DNA from: Laetmonice hystrix
Taxonomy: Eukaryota
Reading direction: 5' to 3'
DNA length: 64,000 bases
NCBI GenBank assembly: GCA_965235115.1
Contig: OZ249451.1
Location: 9,486,001-9,550,000 of the forward strand
Every line of letters begins with the position of its first letter. The first letter of the stretch is position 1. Below the pieces are notes generated by a model. It was not told where the DNA came from. It made no database searches and saw only the letters and a program-made list of their open reading frames with translations. This document shows, piece by piece, positions 38,127-51,000 of this stretch. The position numbers were made by a program, and so were the translations under genes.

Positions 38127-41100
38127 AAGGGCAGGAATTACCTGTGTCACTATACTCGTACACTGTATTGGCTGAAAGGGAAAGGTTTCATACAATTTAT
38201 GATTAACATTACCTTTCTAGAATTATTATAATGTTCCTAAAAGACGCTTCTAAACGGAGCAGATTTAGTGGGATGAATTTCCTGAAGCATCAGAAAGCTG
38301 GCATCCCATGTCTACCCTTTCCATATGCTGAGGTTAATTAACGCTTGGGAAAAAAACAAAACTATCAATATCGCCGTGAATATAGTTAAAACGGACTTTA
38401 ATGTTCGGTAAATACATTAATTTTGTTAATGGTATTTTAGCGAAGACATCGAAGGAGGTTTGAAAAAAGGGCATGCTGCTTTTTCAGACCGTAAGCGCAC
38501 TTACATATTTTTGCATTTCTAAATCGAGTTGCGAAATAAATTTAGTTGAACTTCTCTAAATCACCAATAACATTAGTTAATCAAATTATCTTAGAAACGG
38601 TCCGTGCTGGTATTGAACTGTTGCCTGAGATAGGCGTGTTACAGCGGATCTCCCATCGCGGACCTCAAGTCTGCGTTCCTCGAGGCCACATTCGTACCAT
38701 TCGTCTCCGGCGCTTTTGACGCCCCAAATCTGTGGGAAATACATCAGCCCTAATAATGTACCGTTGAATATACCGCCACTCAGTTGTAAATCTGCACTGC
38801 GTGGAAATGTGAAAACAATTTAGATAACGTACCCTAACACCAGGCGGGGTGTGGGTGTGGGTGTGGGGTGTTGAGGATGGGACCCGCATGCTGCGAATGT
38901 CAATAGTCGTTTTCCATTAAACTCGAGTGCTGACAAATCGTCGCGCACGTGGCAGTGCGTAAACTTTCACACCGCTGTACGCGATCCGCTCCCCCCGCCC
39001 CCCACCGCCGGCGGGACAGCGGAAACACAGCCCCACGGATTGAGTTCGGAAACTGCCGAGCGCTCATGTTAAATTAGAAGCATTACCCGGTGTTTTCGTT
39101 GGTAATAAGGTACCAATTACATGTCGCTAAGACGGGCGGCGGCAGCCCGGGCTTGGAGAGCCATTAATACATTATTGATGGGCTTATCGATGGGGAAGGG
39201 CAGAGTGAAATGAACGTGGCACTCCATCAGTCGGTGAAGGAGGTGATTGGGACCAGCCCGGCCCGAGTTGTCCAATGTCATCATTGAGTGGCCTGCCCGC
39301 TCATGGTGCAATACGACCATTATGCGCGTTCCGGAGTCGGACGCGAGGAGAGCCCATTGTGATCCCATTGTTTCGGTGGCGTTCTGAATGACATGTTTGA
39401 CGACACGTTGTGGTACCCCCTCCCCCCGCCAGGCCAATCACCAGCGTTCCAACAATCCGTGGCATTCAATATAAATTACGTGACATTGCTGCGTATACAG
39501 AATGATATTAAACACACTAGGATTTCTCTTTCTGAATCTAATATATGGAGTTTATTGATTCCATATATGCAAAGGCACATCTTTGATTTGTTATACGCCT
39601 ATGCGCTATCTGCGTGTAGGTATTTATATAGGACAACTATGATGGAGAAAATGAGAATTGAACAGACACGCTGATCGTGGATATACGGTACTGTAGGACT
39701 GCTGGGATCGGAAAGTCGTCGGTCCCGGAGACGTGGGCAATATGTTAGTTTTTCTGTCTGCGGTACCGTTAAAGTGGACAAAAATGTGTAGCTCACTCCC
39801 CTTCAGAGTTCGATCTGCCACTAGACAATCTGGACCCTGATAGATAATTATGATAACAATATAGGGACATAATATCTGTATCATAATTGTGTTGAACATT
39901 AATTTTTAATAATCTCATTTGATGGAGTAAAATAGGAAAGAGAAAGTTGAAATAGAGACAGGAGAAGAAGGCAGTAATTTAAGAAGAGAGAAACACCATA
40001 GTTTACTTAATCGTATAAACTTTCTGAGATTGATCAACACTTCGTTACTGACGGTATAACGAACACTTCAAAGCTGCAATCTATATAACAGATGATAATA
40101 CGTTATTGCGTTATTATCATTATCGTTAACATTATGATTAACCATTAAAAAAGGTTCTGATCGAAGACCCGCTGAAGGCGACCTATATCATGCAGTCTGT
40201 ATTGTCGTATAGAACGTTTTGCTGAGGGCCACACGCCAACAACCCGCAGAGATGTAGTGCCCTCCGCACGCGCGCCCAAAGTGCGCATCCCTGCACGGCT
40301 GGCACGTGGTGCACACACGTATAGCCGTACGTGCATGCGCGTACAGTACGATCAAAGGCCTCGCCGACGTGCAGGATGACTCGACATGACATGGACAGCG
40401 TCTGATGCCTCCCTTAACGCGTTCTACAGATCCAATCAAATGGAACGTGTTTACTTTGTGTCAAACGCGTCACCATTGAAGGCAAATTGGATGAATGAAC
40501 ACTTGATAAAGCACAATACTGGCAAAGTATTGGGGGCAAGAAGGGCGAACAAAAGCGAGCACGGCCTGTGAGCAGCCACCCACCGGTCCCACTTTAATGT
40601 TGAGGACGGGCGGGCCTGATTGCGAAGTAAAAAGGCGTGTAGATTTGTTAATTGGAAACACAAATCGTTCCAAAGAGACGACCCGTGGAACTGAAGGGTG
40701 TTTGTGACCCTAGGTCAATATGGGGGTTAGTGTCGTGGGTCCGTGTAGGGCCGGGTGACATGTGTAGGCAGAAAATCTCATTCATAATCTCTACATGATA
40801 CACACACTTAGCTTATAATTCCTAAAGCGCCATAGACTACTGCATAACTACTTAGCTACGTATAGGCCTGCATACAATACGTATAGTCGTAATATGACTA
40901 CAGTTGGAAACCTAAAACTTGTTTCCATAAAGAGGGAATACAAACGTATGATTATATGTCCATCATTTGTATTAAATGTTCTATGAATACAACACGTGAT
41001 GACTTCCCTGTGCAGGTGCGTGACCTGTACCTCCTCTATATCTCCTCACGATGTGAAAACTCCACCTATAATAGCGACCTTACATCGTACCAGCTCTTTT

Positions 41101-41927
41101 AACAAAGCAGTACAACATTAGAAAGTGGTTTCTCCGAATTTGGCATCTTAACGCAGTGACAAATATTGACCGATAACACAAGCTATATTATAGTTCGTGC
41201 ATGTATATACTTGCGTGATATGATGTATACATTGCATACAAATCGACGTGTAAATGTTACGATGCTGTCGTATGTATTGAAAGTACCTCTTTGATCTTAA
41301 ACAATATGAAAGTTGTTCTTAAGAGGCTCTAGGAAGTCGGTGGTGTTATGGTTGAGCGAAACGGGCGGTTTTAACTTTGGATGAGTGCGCCTATACCTTA
41401 CGATCGCCTGCCTCACCTTTGGCACGTGTGCACGTCGGCCTTTGATCTCCCCAATTTCCATTATACACTTAAGTCGTTTCTTTACATTAACGGGGGAAAG
41501 CAGCTATCTATTAAGGAGACTGGTGTTGTTGTTAGCGGGGGTTGTTTGAGTGGGGTTAGGGGGTGGCGTTAGGTCGGGGGTGGGGAGGGGGTGGGGTGGA
41601 CGGACATTGTTGGCACACACCTGTTCGGTTCTCGTAAATACCCATCACCCCATTGTGTGGGGTAACTTCGCACCCCGGCCATTGCCGACTTCGCACACCA
41701 CGGACCCTTGTTCCGACAACACGACCAAGGTTTCAGTGTCACGTTTGAGAACTATCACTGGTGATGGGGACACTGAAGGGGGCGGGAGGGGGAGGGGGAG
41801 GGAGAGGGGGTGTTCAGGATTAAAGTGTTATGGACGCCAGTCATGGGTGTTAGTTCTATAATCCCAACACTTTGTATAATTGAGTGCATACATAAGGAGA
41901 CATAACACGGTCCTGTTAAAGTGGAAT

Positions 41928-42372
41928 AAGGTCCCGGGGCTCTATAATGTTACAGAGAAATGTTCTATGAGAGGAATTATGTCCAAATATCCACATAATC
42001 CATAGAGTAAATAATAACATACAAACCTCTATTGAATCATAAGGTCCCGGGTCTCTATAATGTTACAGAGAAATGTTCTATGACAGGAATTATGTCCAAA
42101 TATCCACATAATCCATAGAGTAAATAATAACATACAAACCTCTATTGAATCATAAGGTCCCGGGTCTCTATAATGTTACAGAGAAATGTTCTATGACAGG
42201 AATTATGTCCAAATATCCACATAATCCATAGAGTAAATAATAACATACAAACCTCTATTGAATCATAAGGTCCCGGGTCTCTATAATGTTACAGAGAAAT
42301 GTTCTATGACAGGAATTATGTCCAAATATCCACATAATCCATAGAGTAAATAATAACATACAAACCTCTACT
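41928..42372. repeat. 113-bp tandem repeat, about 4 near-identical copies
   Basis: AAGGTCCCGG starts at 41928, 42041, 42154 and 42267. Confidence 0.98.
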
Positions 42373-43499
42373 CAATCCGACGGGTGGATGGCTATAGGTG
42401 GGTCCAAACTTTGGTATATGGAAAAGTTTCAACAGTATCACTGATTCTTTTTTGTGAGAGGAAGGATTCTTTATTTTAAAGTTTGATCGGTTGCCAACTT
42501 ACTACAAATGCATGAAGGAAACTGATCGGCAGATAGACCTGCCGGGCACGTGTCAGGAAAGAGTCATTTAGACTGACGATTGTGGGCGCTGTTTTATGCA
42601 ACACGCTAACACGTCTATTGTTCGCTGCCAGCCCCCTCACCCTGTGCGTTTTCCCATGACACCACTCCCCAAATAATATACAATAAACCCACGGACATGT
42701 CCTGTGTAATTTGCTTCGTGATGCAGAGAAAATATCGTCTGCGCGGCAGACGACACCCGATTAGCGCGCGAGCCGCAACCTGAGCGGCCCTGCGTGCACC
42801 GCATGGATATTGCAGGGGCCCGGCCAGCGCCGGCTTGCATACGACCCCTTTCTTCAGTCGCCACGCCTTTTCACATGTCAAAACTTATGTCCCTTTCGGA
42901 TTACCAGCCATATCTGGTCCCCTCCCGACCCTCCATGTCGGCGCGGTTCGGTTCGGGTTTCGTACGGATCGCTTTACAAGCCGCAATCAAGTGTTCCTCG
43001 CCTTGGATTGGTTTCAGGAAAAATCGGCAACGAAATGCCTTCTTCAATATTTGCGCGACTGGCACTGGGGCTGGTCGGTCATCTTGATGATGACAGCGTA
43101 TGACAACGATTTGGCTGACTGCTGCTATTAACGACGACATAAGGATTTCCGTTCGGATATTACATTTCCTTATTACAGTTAGGCCTATTTAATGAGACGA
43201 CATGCATAGCGGCTGGTTTGTGGATGGGGCACACTACAATAATGGGTATTCAACACTGGGAAAGGGACACGTGCTTCTCAGGAATATACCATGGTTGGGA
43301 AATCGATTGGATACAAGTGCTAAGCTAATTTGTTTATCGTTGAAACTGTTTATTGGCCTTAGTGTCTCGTAGGTTGAGTCGGCCCACACCGACTAAATCC
43401 TTCCACTGCGAAGAGCAGAGTAAACACCACCAACAGCGAGGTAAAGTTTGGGTTCTAATCTCAGCAGTCATTTAGCCGGCAACTTTAGCGGTCGGCCCG

Positions 43500-44511
43500 C
43501 ATCGAATCAGAACATAGTCGGCCCGTGAATTATGCAACGGGTCCTATAGTGTCACGCGCCGGGACCCTCAAGTGGAGATCCAAATTGTTGGATCGTTTGC
43601 ATACAGACGCTGGCGTTCGGTCGGCCGTGTGGTCCGTGAGTTTGTCGTTTCCAAGTCCGTTTAGCTGTCTGCCACCAGCCCACGGCAATCTCATCTCCTC
43701 CCCGCTACAAAAATAGCCGTGATTTCATTGGCTGCTCGTCGACTATTAAGTCCCCACCCCACAAAAATTCCCGCGTGAGGGCGCGGCAGTCGGTGTCATG
43801 TGCGATGTGGGCTCGAGTAGCGGTCGTCTGCCAGCGCACGGGCCGCAATCGCTTAATTCACAACTGAAATGAACATATTGATCAATTAGCATACTTAATT
43901 CCGGGACCCTAGCGTGTTGTCCCTCATTCATTTCAATGGTGTCCGTGCGAACAGGAGGGGTGTTTGGCGGGTGTGTGAGGCCCTGCCCGCGCGCTGCCGA
44001 GTTCTGCCCATGAAAGCACCCAGCCATCACATTGATAGACCATTCACTCGACACCAGCCGACTTTCCCATGCATTACGAACGGCGATAACAAAAGTTCAC
44101 AGATACACTTTTTTCCCCCGACCAAGAGCTGAGATAACAGCGTTTTAAAACTCTGAACACATCTTCAGTTTATAGCGCGAGGTGCTCACTTTACGTCCTT
44201 GTTGGATCTTTTTACATGGTTGAAGTTGAATTGAAGTTGAACGAAATCAAACGCTTTATGAGATTGATCACGCAGCGGGCAGCAAGACGTCAATGGATGG
44301 TGAGATCGCTGTGAGAAACAAACTTTGTAATATCCTCGTATAGACTGTTAACTCGAGCGTATCCAAGCGGGGAGTTGTGAGACATTTCGATCCCGTGTTA
44401 AGAAGTCCCCTGGCGCGGTGCTGGACGTTACCGGGAGAGTTGGGAAGGCCACTCGGCTAGGCGTTACCTGGAGAGTTGGGAAGTCCACACGGAGGAGACG
44501 TTCACTTCGAG
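43500..44511 (+). promoter_or_regulatory. Putative proximal promoter and 5' leader of the homeobox gene
   Basis: CpG-rich; reverse CCAAT (ATTGG) near 43727; Inr-like TCAGTT at 44165; 36-bp imperfect duplication at about 44424-44494. The TSS cannot be determined from sequence. Confidence 0.5.
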
Positions 44512-45400
44512 ATGTCGACGGCCGAGCTGAAGCTACACGCCATGTGTTCACCGTCTTCATCCTCAGGGTGTTCATCGTCACCACGGTCTAAGTGCACGTC
44601 CCCTGGCGTCACCTCCGACCTGAGTGACGGACCGCGGTCACCGGGACTGCCGGCAGACACCCGCCGACTGACGGCCCCAGCCGACCCGGCCACGGCGGTG
44701 GCGGCGGCAGCGGCGGCGGCAGCAGCGGCAGCCGGGGCTGGGAAGGTGTTCTCTATCGATGACATCCTCAGGCCCAAGGCGATCCACTGTCACGGGTTAG
44801 GGGTGAGACTGGACGGTGTACGGGCGGTCAGAGACCGACAGCAGGGTCACCTACGGAGGGACGAGAGGCCGGACTGCAGGGCAGCCACCCGGGGCACTCA
44901 GCAAGCGGCGGCCGGGAGCCTCACAGCCAGCGGTGGGGGCGGAGTGGGCGGCCCGGGCGTGGGTCCCGTCTGTCCCCGGTCACCCAGCCCTTCAATGAAC
45001 GTCCCCTACAACTCCCGGCGGTCACTGCCCGCTGTCGGGACCGTGGGCGGCGATGACCTGGCCGGCGGCGGGCACTCTACAGTCCCGGGAAGCCCAGCGA
45101 CACTACCCCACGACCTCCCGACCTCCTCCTGCTCGTCCTCACAACCCCCATCCTCCTCCACCTCCTCCTCCCCGCTACCCCCGGCCTCTGCCCCGACCTC
45201 CCGCGGCCTGGACGGGCTGAGCGGCCTCTACCCGCCCCTGGTCCACCCGACAGCCGGCTACCCGAGCGGTACCCTGCCCGGTATGTGTTTCCCCCTGCCC
45301 CCACAGGTGAATCACATCGGTCTGATAGAACTAGCGGGCGGAACCAACCCCTGGGCTTACTCACAGACACTTATCAACAGGCAACTCTTTGGGCTCACTG
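44512..45400 (+). CDS. Abox: Homeobox gene, coding exon 1 (aa 1-296): Ser-rich N-terminus, 11-Ala tract, eh1 Groucho-binding motif FSIDDIL, Pro/Ser-rich region
   Basis: First in-frame ATG at 44512 after an in-frame TAG at 44458; eh1 at 44749-44769; ends ...QLFGLT-G at donor CTG|GTGAGT (phase 1), which matches the phase of exon 2. Confidence 0.9.
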
Positions 45401-47958
45401 GTGAGTATAAGTCATACTATATTGTTTTTACAGAAATATCAGAAAGAGTATATCCCCCAGTACTATAGGTCTAAATATCGTGGCGTTTGCCTCATTTGGC
45501 TCGTCTATAAGTAATTTGTAATTTATCTCTCCTTCTCTGGAGATCTCGTTTAAAAGGTATATTTATATACTGTATATAGTCTGTAGAAATCTACTGCTTG
45601 TACGATAAGTTCATTATTTCCATGTTTAAATATTCCCCGTGGGGGGTCTATAATATAAATTGGCCCCATTATATTCAGACACACGTGTCTGTATAGGGGC
45701 TTGAAAAATTCCCTGGGTGTAAAAAGTGGTGAAGTGGAAGAGTATATTGCCCCAGGTATAGAGGAAGGTATATATTGCTAATTATTAGGTGAAAACTTCC
45801 AGATGATTATCCAGTCTTCCCAAGGTCACCCCTTGCTGGTTAAATAACCCGTTCCGTTTTGACCGTCATTTCATACAACTTAAATCCTATATACGTTCTG
45901 GCTCGAAAATATCTTGAATTCGTTAATTTGCTACTCCTTATTTTGCATCAGGTATTTCGTTTTCGTTTTCTCGCCTACACAGAGTTTTGCATCTGTAACT
46001 ATATATGCACATAGCTATAACTGCATAACATTATATAGACGGGCGAGTGGCATGCCATGCATGATATTGACATGGCATGATACTCGTCACGGAAAGGTTC
46101 ATGGAGAAATACCTGCTCAAGTACCTGGTCTTTATGATACTCTGTTTTATTTAGAAAGTGTATTGTAATGTTACATTAGGCTCAGAATGGACATTTTTCA
46201 CTTGCTTCCTAATAATCTTTTGTCGGCAAAAAAAAATCGAAAAAAGTTTAAATCATTAAAAGAATAATTTTATTAACGTGTATACAGACGATATTGCTTT
46301 AGCCCATAGTTTTATGGAAAAGTTAGAGAAAGAAAAGTTATATAACAAGTGTTCGAAATAACTATATTTGGAGAATTCCTTTTCTTTAATGGAATGCATA
46401 AAAGGAAACATGCGATGAGAGGTTTAAATAATGATGTCGTCATCTCTGGTGTTTATTGTTATATATTTCCATACCATATTAACATTTCCCGCGTGATCTT
46501 GAACAGAAATTCCTTTAAATTGACTAGGATTATTTCCTTCATATCCGCCGTTCATTGACATGTAATGATTGCTCCTAGTGAAGTTTCTGAATACGCGTGA
46601 ATCCTTGACAAAGTATCTGATACTATGTATATACGGCGCGGGGAGTGGTGCTATATCCAAATTAAACACCATGCCTACCGTACTATACGGCCCGCATGCC
46701 ACAGCCACCGCCTTTCAAAGAAAGAAACTCGTATTATCCGGTAAAGGAACGATCCCACATCTCTCTATAGCGCCGTTCCACTTGTAAATGGTGTAATTAC
46801 CGTTTTGTGAGAGCCGGTGCCCGGCGGCGAACATCAAACCGTGGGCCGGGCGTGCGGTCCATTCTCAGCCGGAGCCCAGCGTCGTCGGCAACCTCATCAC
46901 GTACCTCCCTACGGCAGCCCCGCTCAATCTGTCGGCGCAAACTTCTCAAGACATCAATCACGCACAGATTGTTATTTATTGTCTCCTAATTGCTCAGCGA
47001 TGGGGGAAGGGGAAGGGTGACATTATATAAATCCGATTGAGATAGTGGTATAGGCTGTGAATGCGTCATGCCCATCGAATTCCGACCCCCCACCCCCACC
47101 CCACCCCACCCCACCGAAGCATTGGGCCCAGTTTGCGTCAAGCGCAAAATGATACGGTAATAGCGGTTTTTACCGACACTGTCTGTATAATATAAAGATT
47201 TCTGTTCGCCAATCGCAGGCTCGGGTCAGCCACACTGAGGATAGAAGAAGATTGGGTTAAAATGACGAATCACCTTAAATCGTACATCGCCCCAACACGC
47301 GAGGCACCACCAAACGCGCCAAGTGAAAACAGGGCCGATTCGCCGGCTGTTTTTCCAATCACAGCGATATGAAGGAATAATAGCCAATCGATTGTCTCGT
47401 AACATCTGGTCGATGGGATTGGCACGCGCCCCGGTAATGAACTGTAAAAATGTGAAACGGGGGGTCACGAGTATGTTGGGGGGGGGGCGGTGATGGAGAA
47501 TTGATGGAAGTAGGGGGGTGGGTGATTGATGGACATTGGGGCCTGAACCTGTGCTGGACGCCGGGTGGTGGTGGTGGTGGTGGTGGGGGGGGGGGGGGGG
47601 GTAGCGAGGGGGTAAACCCGCCATCAGGTATTGATTGAGACCGGACCTTCCCAAGGACAATGACCATTCGAAGGGAGGCCGCTGTCCTTGGGGAGCGGTG
47701 CTAATGGCTGAACGAAAGTAACGGAATCCTGCAGTATAGCATGAAACAATAGCGGGACAGTGTAATATTCTAGTGTTCCATCTAACTTTCTTTAAGTCTG
47801 TGTATAGGCTCACACGAATAAATTAAGTTAGCTTCATGCAGTATATATTTTGTAACTTTAAATTGTGTACATCAATAGGCTGATTATATATACGCGTTCA
47901 TATATTTTATTTTTATTTTTTTAATGAAATCTGACTTATTTACCTCATGCATGCAGAC

Positions 47959-48098
47959 CAGGACCCAGTTCCTAAAACTTTAAGATCTTGCTTAAGCTTA
48001 ACTCTTCTGATTGGCTGGTCTAAGCAGGCCAGCCAATCAGAAGTGTCAAGCTTAATCCTAAGCAAGATCTTAAGTTTTTAGGAACTGCATGGGCCCTG
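47959..48098. mobile_element. Fold-back MITE-like element, about 140 bp
   Basis: Arms CAGTTCCTAAAACTTTAAGATCTTGCTTAAGCTTAACTCTTCTGATTGGCTGG and CCAGCCAATCAGAAGTGTCAAGCTTAATCCTAAGCAAGATCTTAAGTTTTTAGGAACTG are reverse-complementary over about 55 nt; outer ends CAGGACCC/GGGCCCTG. Confidence 0.75.
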
Positions 48099-51000
48099 CT
48101 GTTTACCCCATATACCCGTCTCATCTTCTGCCTCGTTGAAGACTGCTGGAAACAGATTTTTATAGGTTCGTGCTAAAGCCGAATGTTGTGTCAATCCGTT
48201 TCTTTAATCGTTAAGACAGCTGTATAGAAAATATACCACCCACCTTTGTAGTCCCCAGCCAATGGTATATTACCTTACGGAGACTTAAACCCCTGAAAGC
48301 TTCGATTATCTCGAACTTGAAACCCACCGAGGGAGTATTTTGGCAGGTGTCGCCTCCCAAAGTACCTTATTGCTCCTAGATACGGGACTTATAATTAATG
48401 ACAACATAATTAGCGCGTTATAATAAACCACATCAAAGGCCAGACATGCAGCACTTATAGAAATGACAAATCACAGGACTAAATACACTGTATACTGATT
48501 TAAATACTGACACTGCACTCTGTGCGCTGTTCAAGTCGGTGATTGCACTAATTGAGTACATGTCATGTTATCGGTCGTATAGTGTCTTATGACGGCTGTG
48601 TTATGGTCGATATCGTATCGATTCTCTGTGGGATACACGAACGTGAACCGATGAATATATCAGTTTAAGCACCTTCTTGTAATCAGTTTCAAAGGCGGAA
48701 GTTCGCTGCCACTCTGTGTTCGCCATCACGCAACCTCGCTCTGAATCCTTGGGTAGTTCCCGATATCAACTGTAAAATGGCCGTTTCGGTACCGAATTAT
48801 GGATTAAAAAGTCCTTTACAACTGATATTTTCCTTTTAATTCACAGTACAGATCGATTTATATGAGAGGAGATGCATGTATGATTCCTTTGAAATGTTTA
48901 TCGCCTAATATATACATAAACAAAAAGTACTGCATGTCTTCTTTGATGTCCTGTATCAAACGATTTTAACTGGGCATAAAATGTATTGCCAAGATATAAT
49001 CTGAGAGAAATTGTGGACGTGTGCTTTAAATGTCCGTATGTTGATGTATAGTACATTTATATAGGGGTATGTACATGCTTTGTAAATAACTTAATCGTTT
49101 GTCTCTTTCAAAGAATATGTTCATTGAAGAGACTAAAATTCGTACACATCCGCTAAAGTTCATGTATTGTTCAGTTATTGTCCGACGCCCTCGCACTAGA
49201 AAATATCCAATTTGTAAATACACACACAAGTCACAAAGTTGACAACAATTCCGGAAAAGCCACACTTGTCAGGAATCCTTTCAAGGGATTTATAGTCGTA
49301 TAGATCTATACCTTTTCAAGTCGTAAACTTTTTAACTCTCACTTGGGAAGTAAATTGCGAGGGTGTCAGTAACATAAAGAGAAGTGTAAACTGCCGACAA
49401 CAATAGCCAAACTGTTGTTACTTTACAGCACCTTAATGTCCGTCAAGTCGTGAGCTTGAGTCACTCCGACTTACCTTATCCCATCCACACCCTGCGACCA
49501 ATAAACCGTCTTTGAAGCAAACTGCGATCTATATCCGCATTTTATAAACACAGTTTAGGAACATAAAACTCGCTCCGTCTCAAAGTGTGGATGGCAAAGA
49601 TTGTGACGGCTGTTTCCGTATATCACCATCGGCCTGTTAGCGACTTGGAGCCCGTCGTCTCCGACCATATTATCTCGGGCAAGGATGTTGAGAATATTTA
49701 TTGGCTTTTTGAAAGTAGGTGCAAAGTGAACTCATGGCGACAATACGTCTATGTGAAGTGATTTAGGGATGGTTTCTGAGCTGGGTCGGTCATATCAGGT
49801 CGCCACTGACATCACTTCACACCACAGTCACCAAATTACAAATCCAGTATAGAACTACGTGTTCAATATTTCGACGTATGCCTACAAAATACAGATGTGG
49901 ATTTCTAAAACTCGAGCGTCAATTTGAGAAATCTTTCCAACCTGCACTGCCTCATTCTTCCAACCTTCCATCAATAGGTAACATGTATTATTACATGTGG
50001 ATGTACTTCGTTAGTGTCTGAAACATGAACAGCCACGCACCTGAAAAAAAAACGTTGCGAAAGAACCGACACCGTGTATAAGAGGGAAGAGATATTAATT
50101 AATGTACTCACCGTGATTGTATACTCCTCTTCAAGCATCAGAGGTTAGGGCTGATAGAAGGATGGACGAAAAAAGAATCTGTAAGAAGGGGTAAAACACA
50201 ATGAGAAGACATTGATAAAATATCATTGGCAGGAAAGTTGGTTAATGCCAGATGTAATATGTCCATATAGTAAGTGAGGGCGCATGAATAATGTTAATAA
50301 AAGTTTGCTTGCCATTGAGTGGAACTTGAAAGGAAAATGCGGATTTGGGGTTTTGTCGGGGTTGGGAGGTGTTAGAAGGAGGGTATATAGGTGGGGGTGG
50401 GGGTAAATATAAGGTAGGATAAACACTGTATTCTAAACGACACCCCATATCTAATTAACGGTGCAGTTCCAGTTTTTCTATCACTAATTATTTCTAACAC
50501 ATTAGCGAGCATTCAAATGTGTAATTTCATCGCCGTTGAATACTTTAAATGACAATGGTAATGAGGATTCTATCGTAATTACATTGTCTTTTTTATGACG
50601 GGAGTTAACAATCATTGGTTATTTAAGTCTCGGACCAAACATTGCGATAATAACTCGCGTTTTTTAACAACACGCCTCTTTATACGATTTTGTTAAAGTT
50701 TTCCTAAGAAGTCGTCTGAGTTGTTCTTCCAAGAAAAAATCTTAATGACAATGATAATGACAGTTTGTGTCGGCGATAATCTTCCTAATCCACGTGAGAT
50801 AAGAGCGTTCGTTCCGCGTCCGTCTCCAACACGCTCACTGCACGCGGGCCGTGTCTGTCCGTGCAATAAATCCTTTGATAAATTGAAGATGAAATAACAC
50901 CTTTGTCAATACAAATTAAACTATTTTTGTTCGAAGCGGCACATGAGGATGGTTTTACATGAACGATTAAATGAAATGAACGATGTTAATTTATACTTTT

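Noticed and set aside
44476-44511. TTG start used by the ORF track, and read-through to 45468
   Set aside because: The first in-frame ATG is at 44512, and the ORF tail after 45400 is intron following a consensus donor.
44348-45370. Antisense and alternate-frame ORFs over exon 1
   Set aside because: Shadow ORFs of a GC-rich coding exon.
45935-45957. Possible recursive splice point (polypyrimidine CAG|GTATTT) in intron 1
   Set aside because: The regenerated donor is weak and the intron is only about 7 kb.
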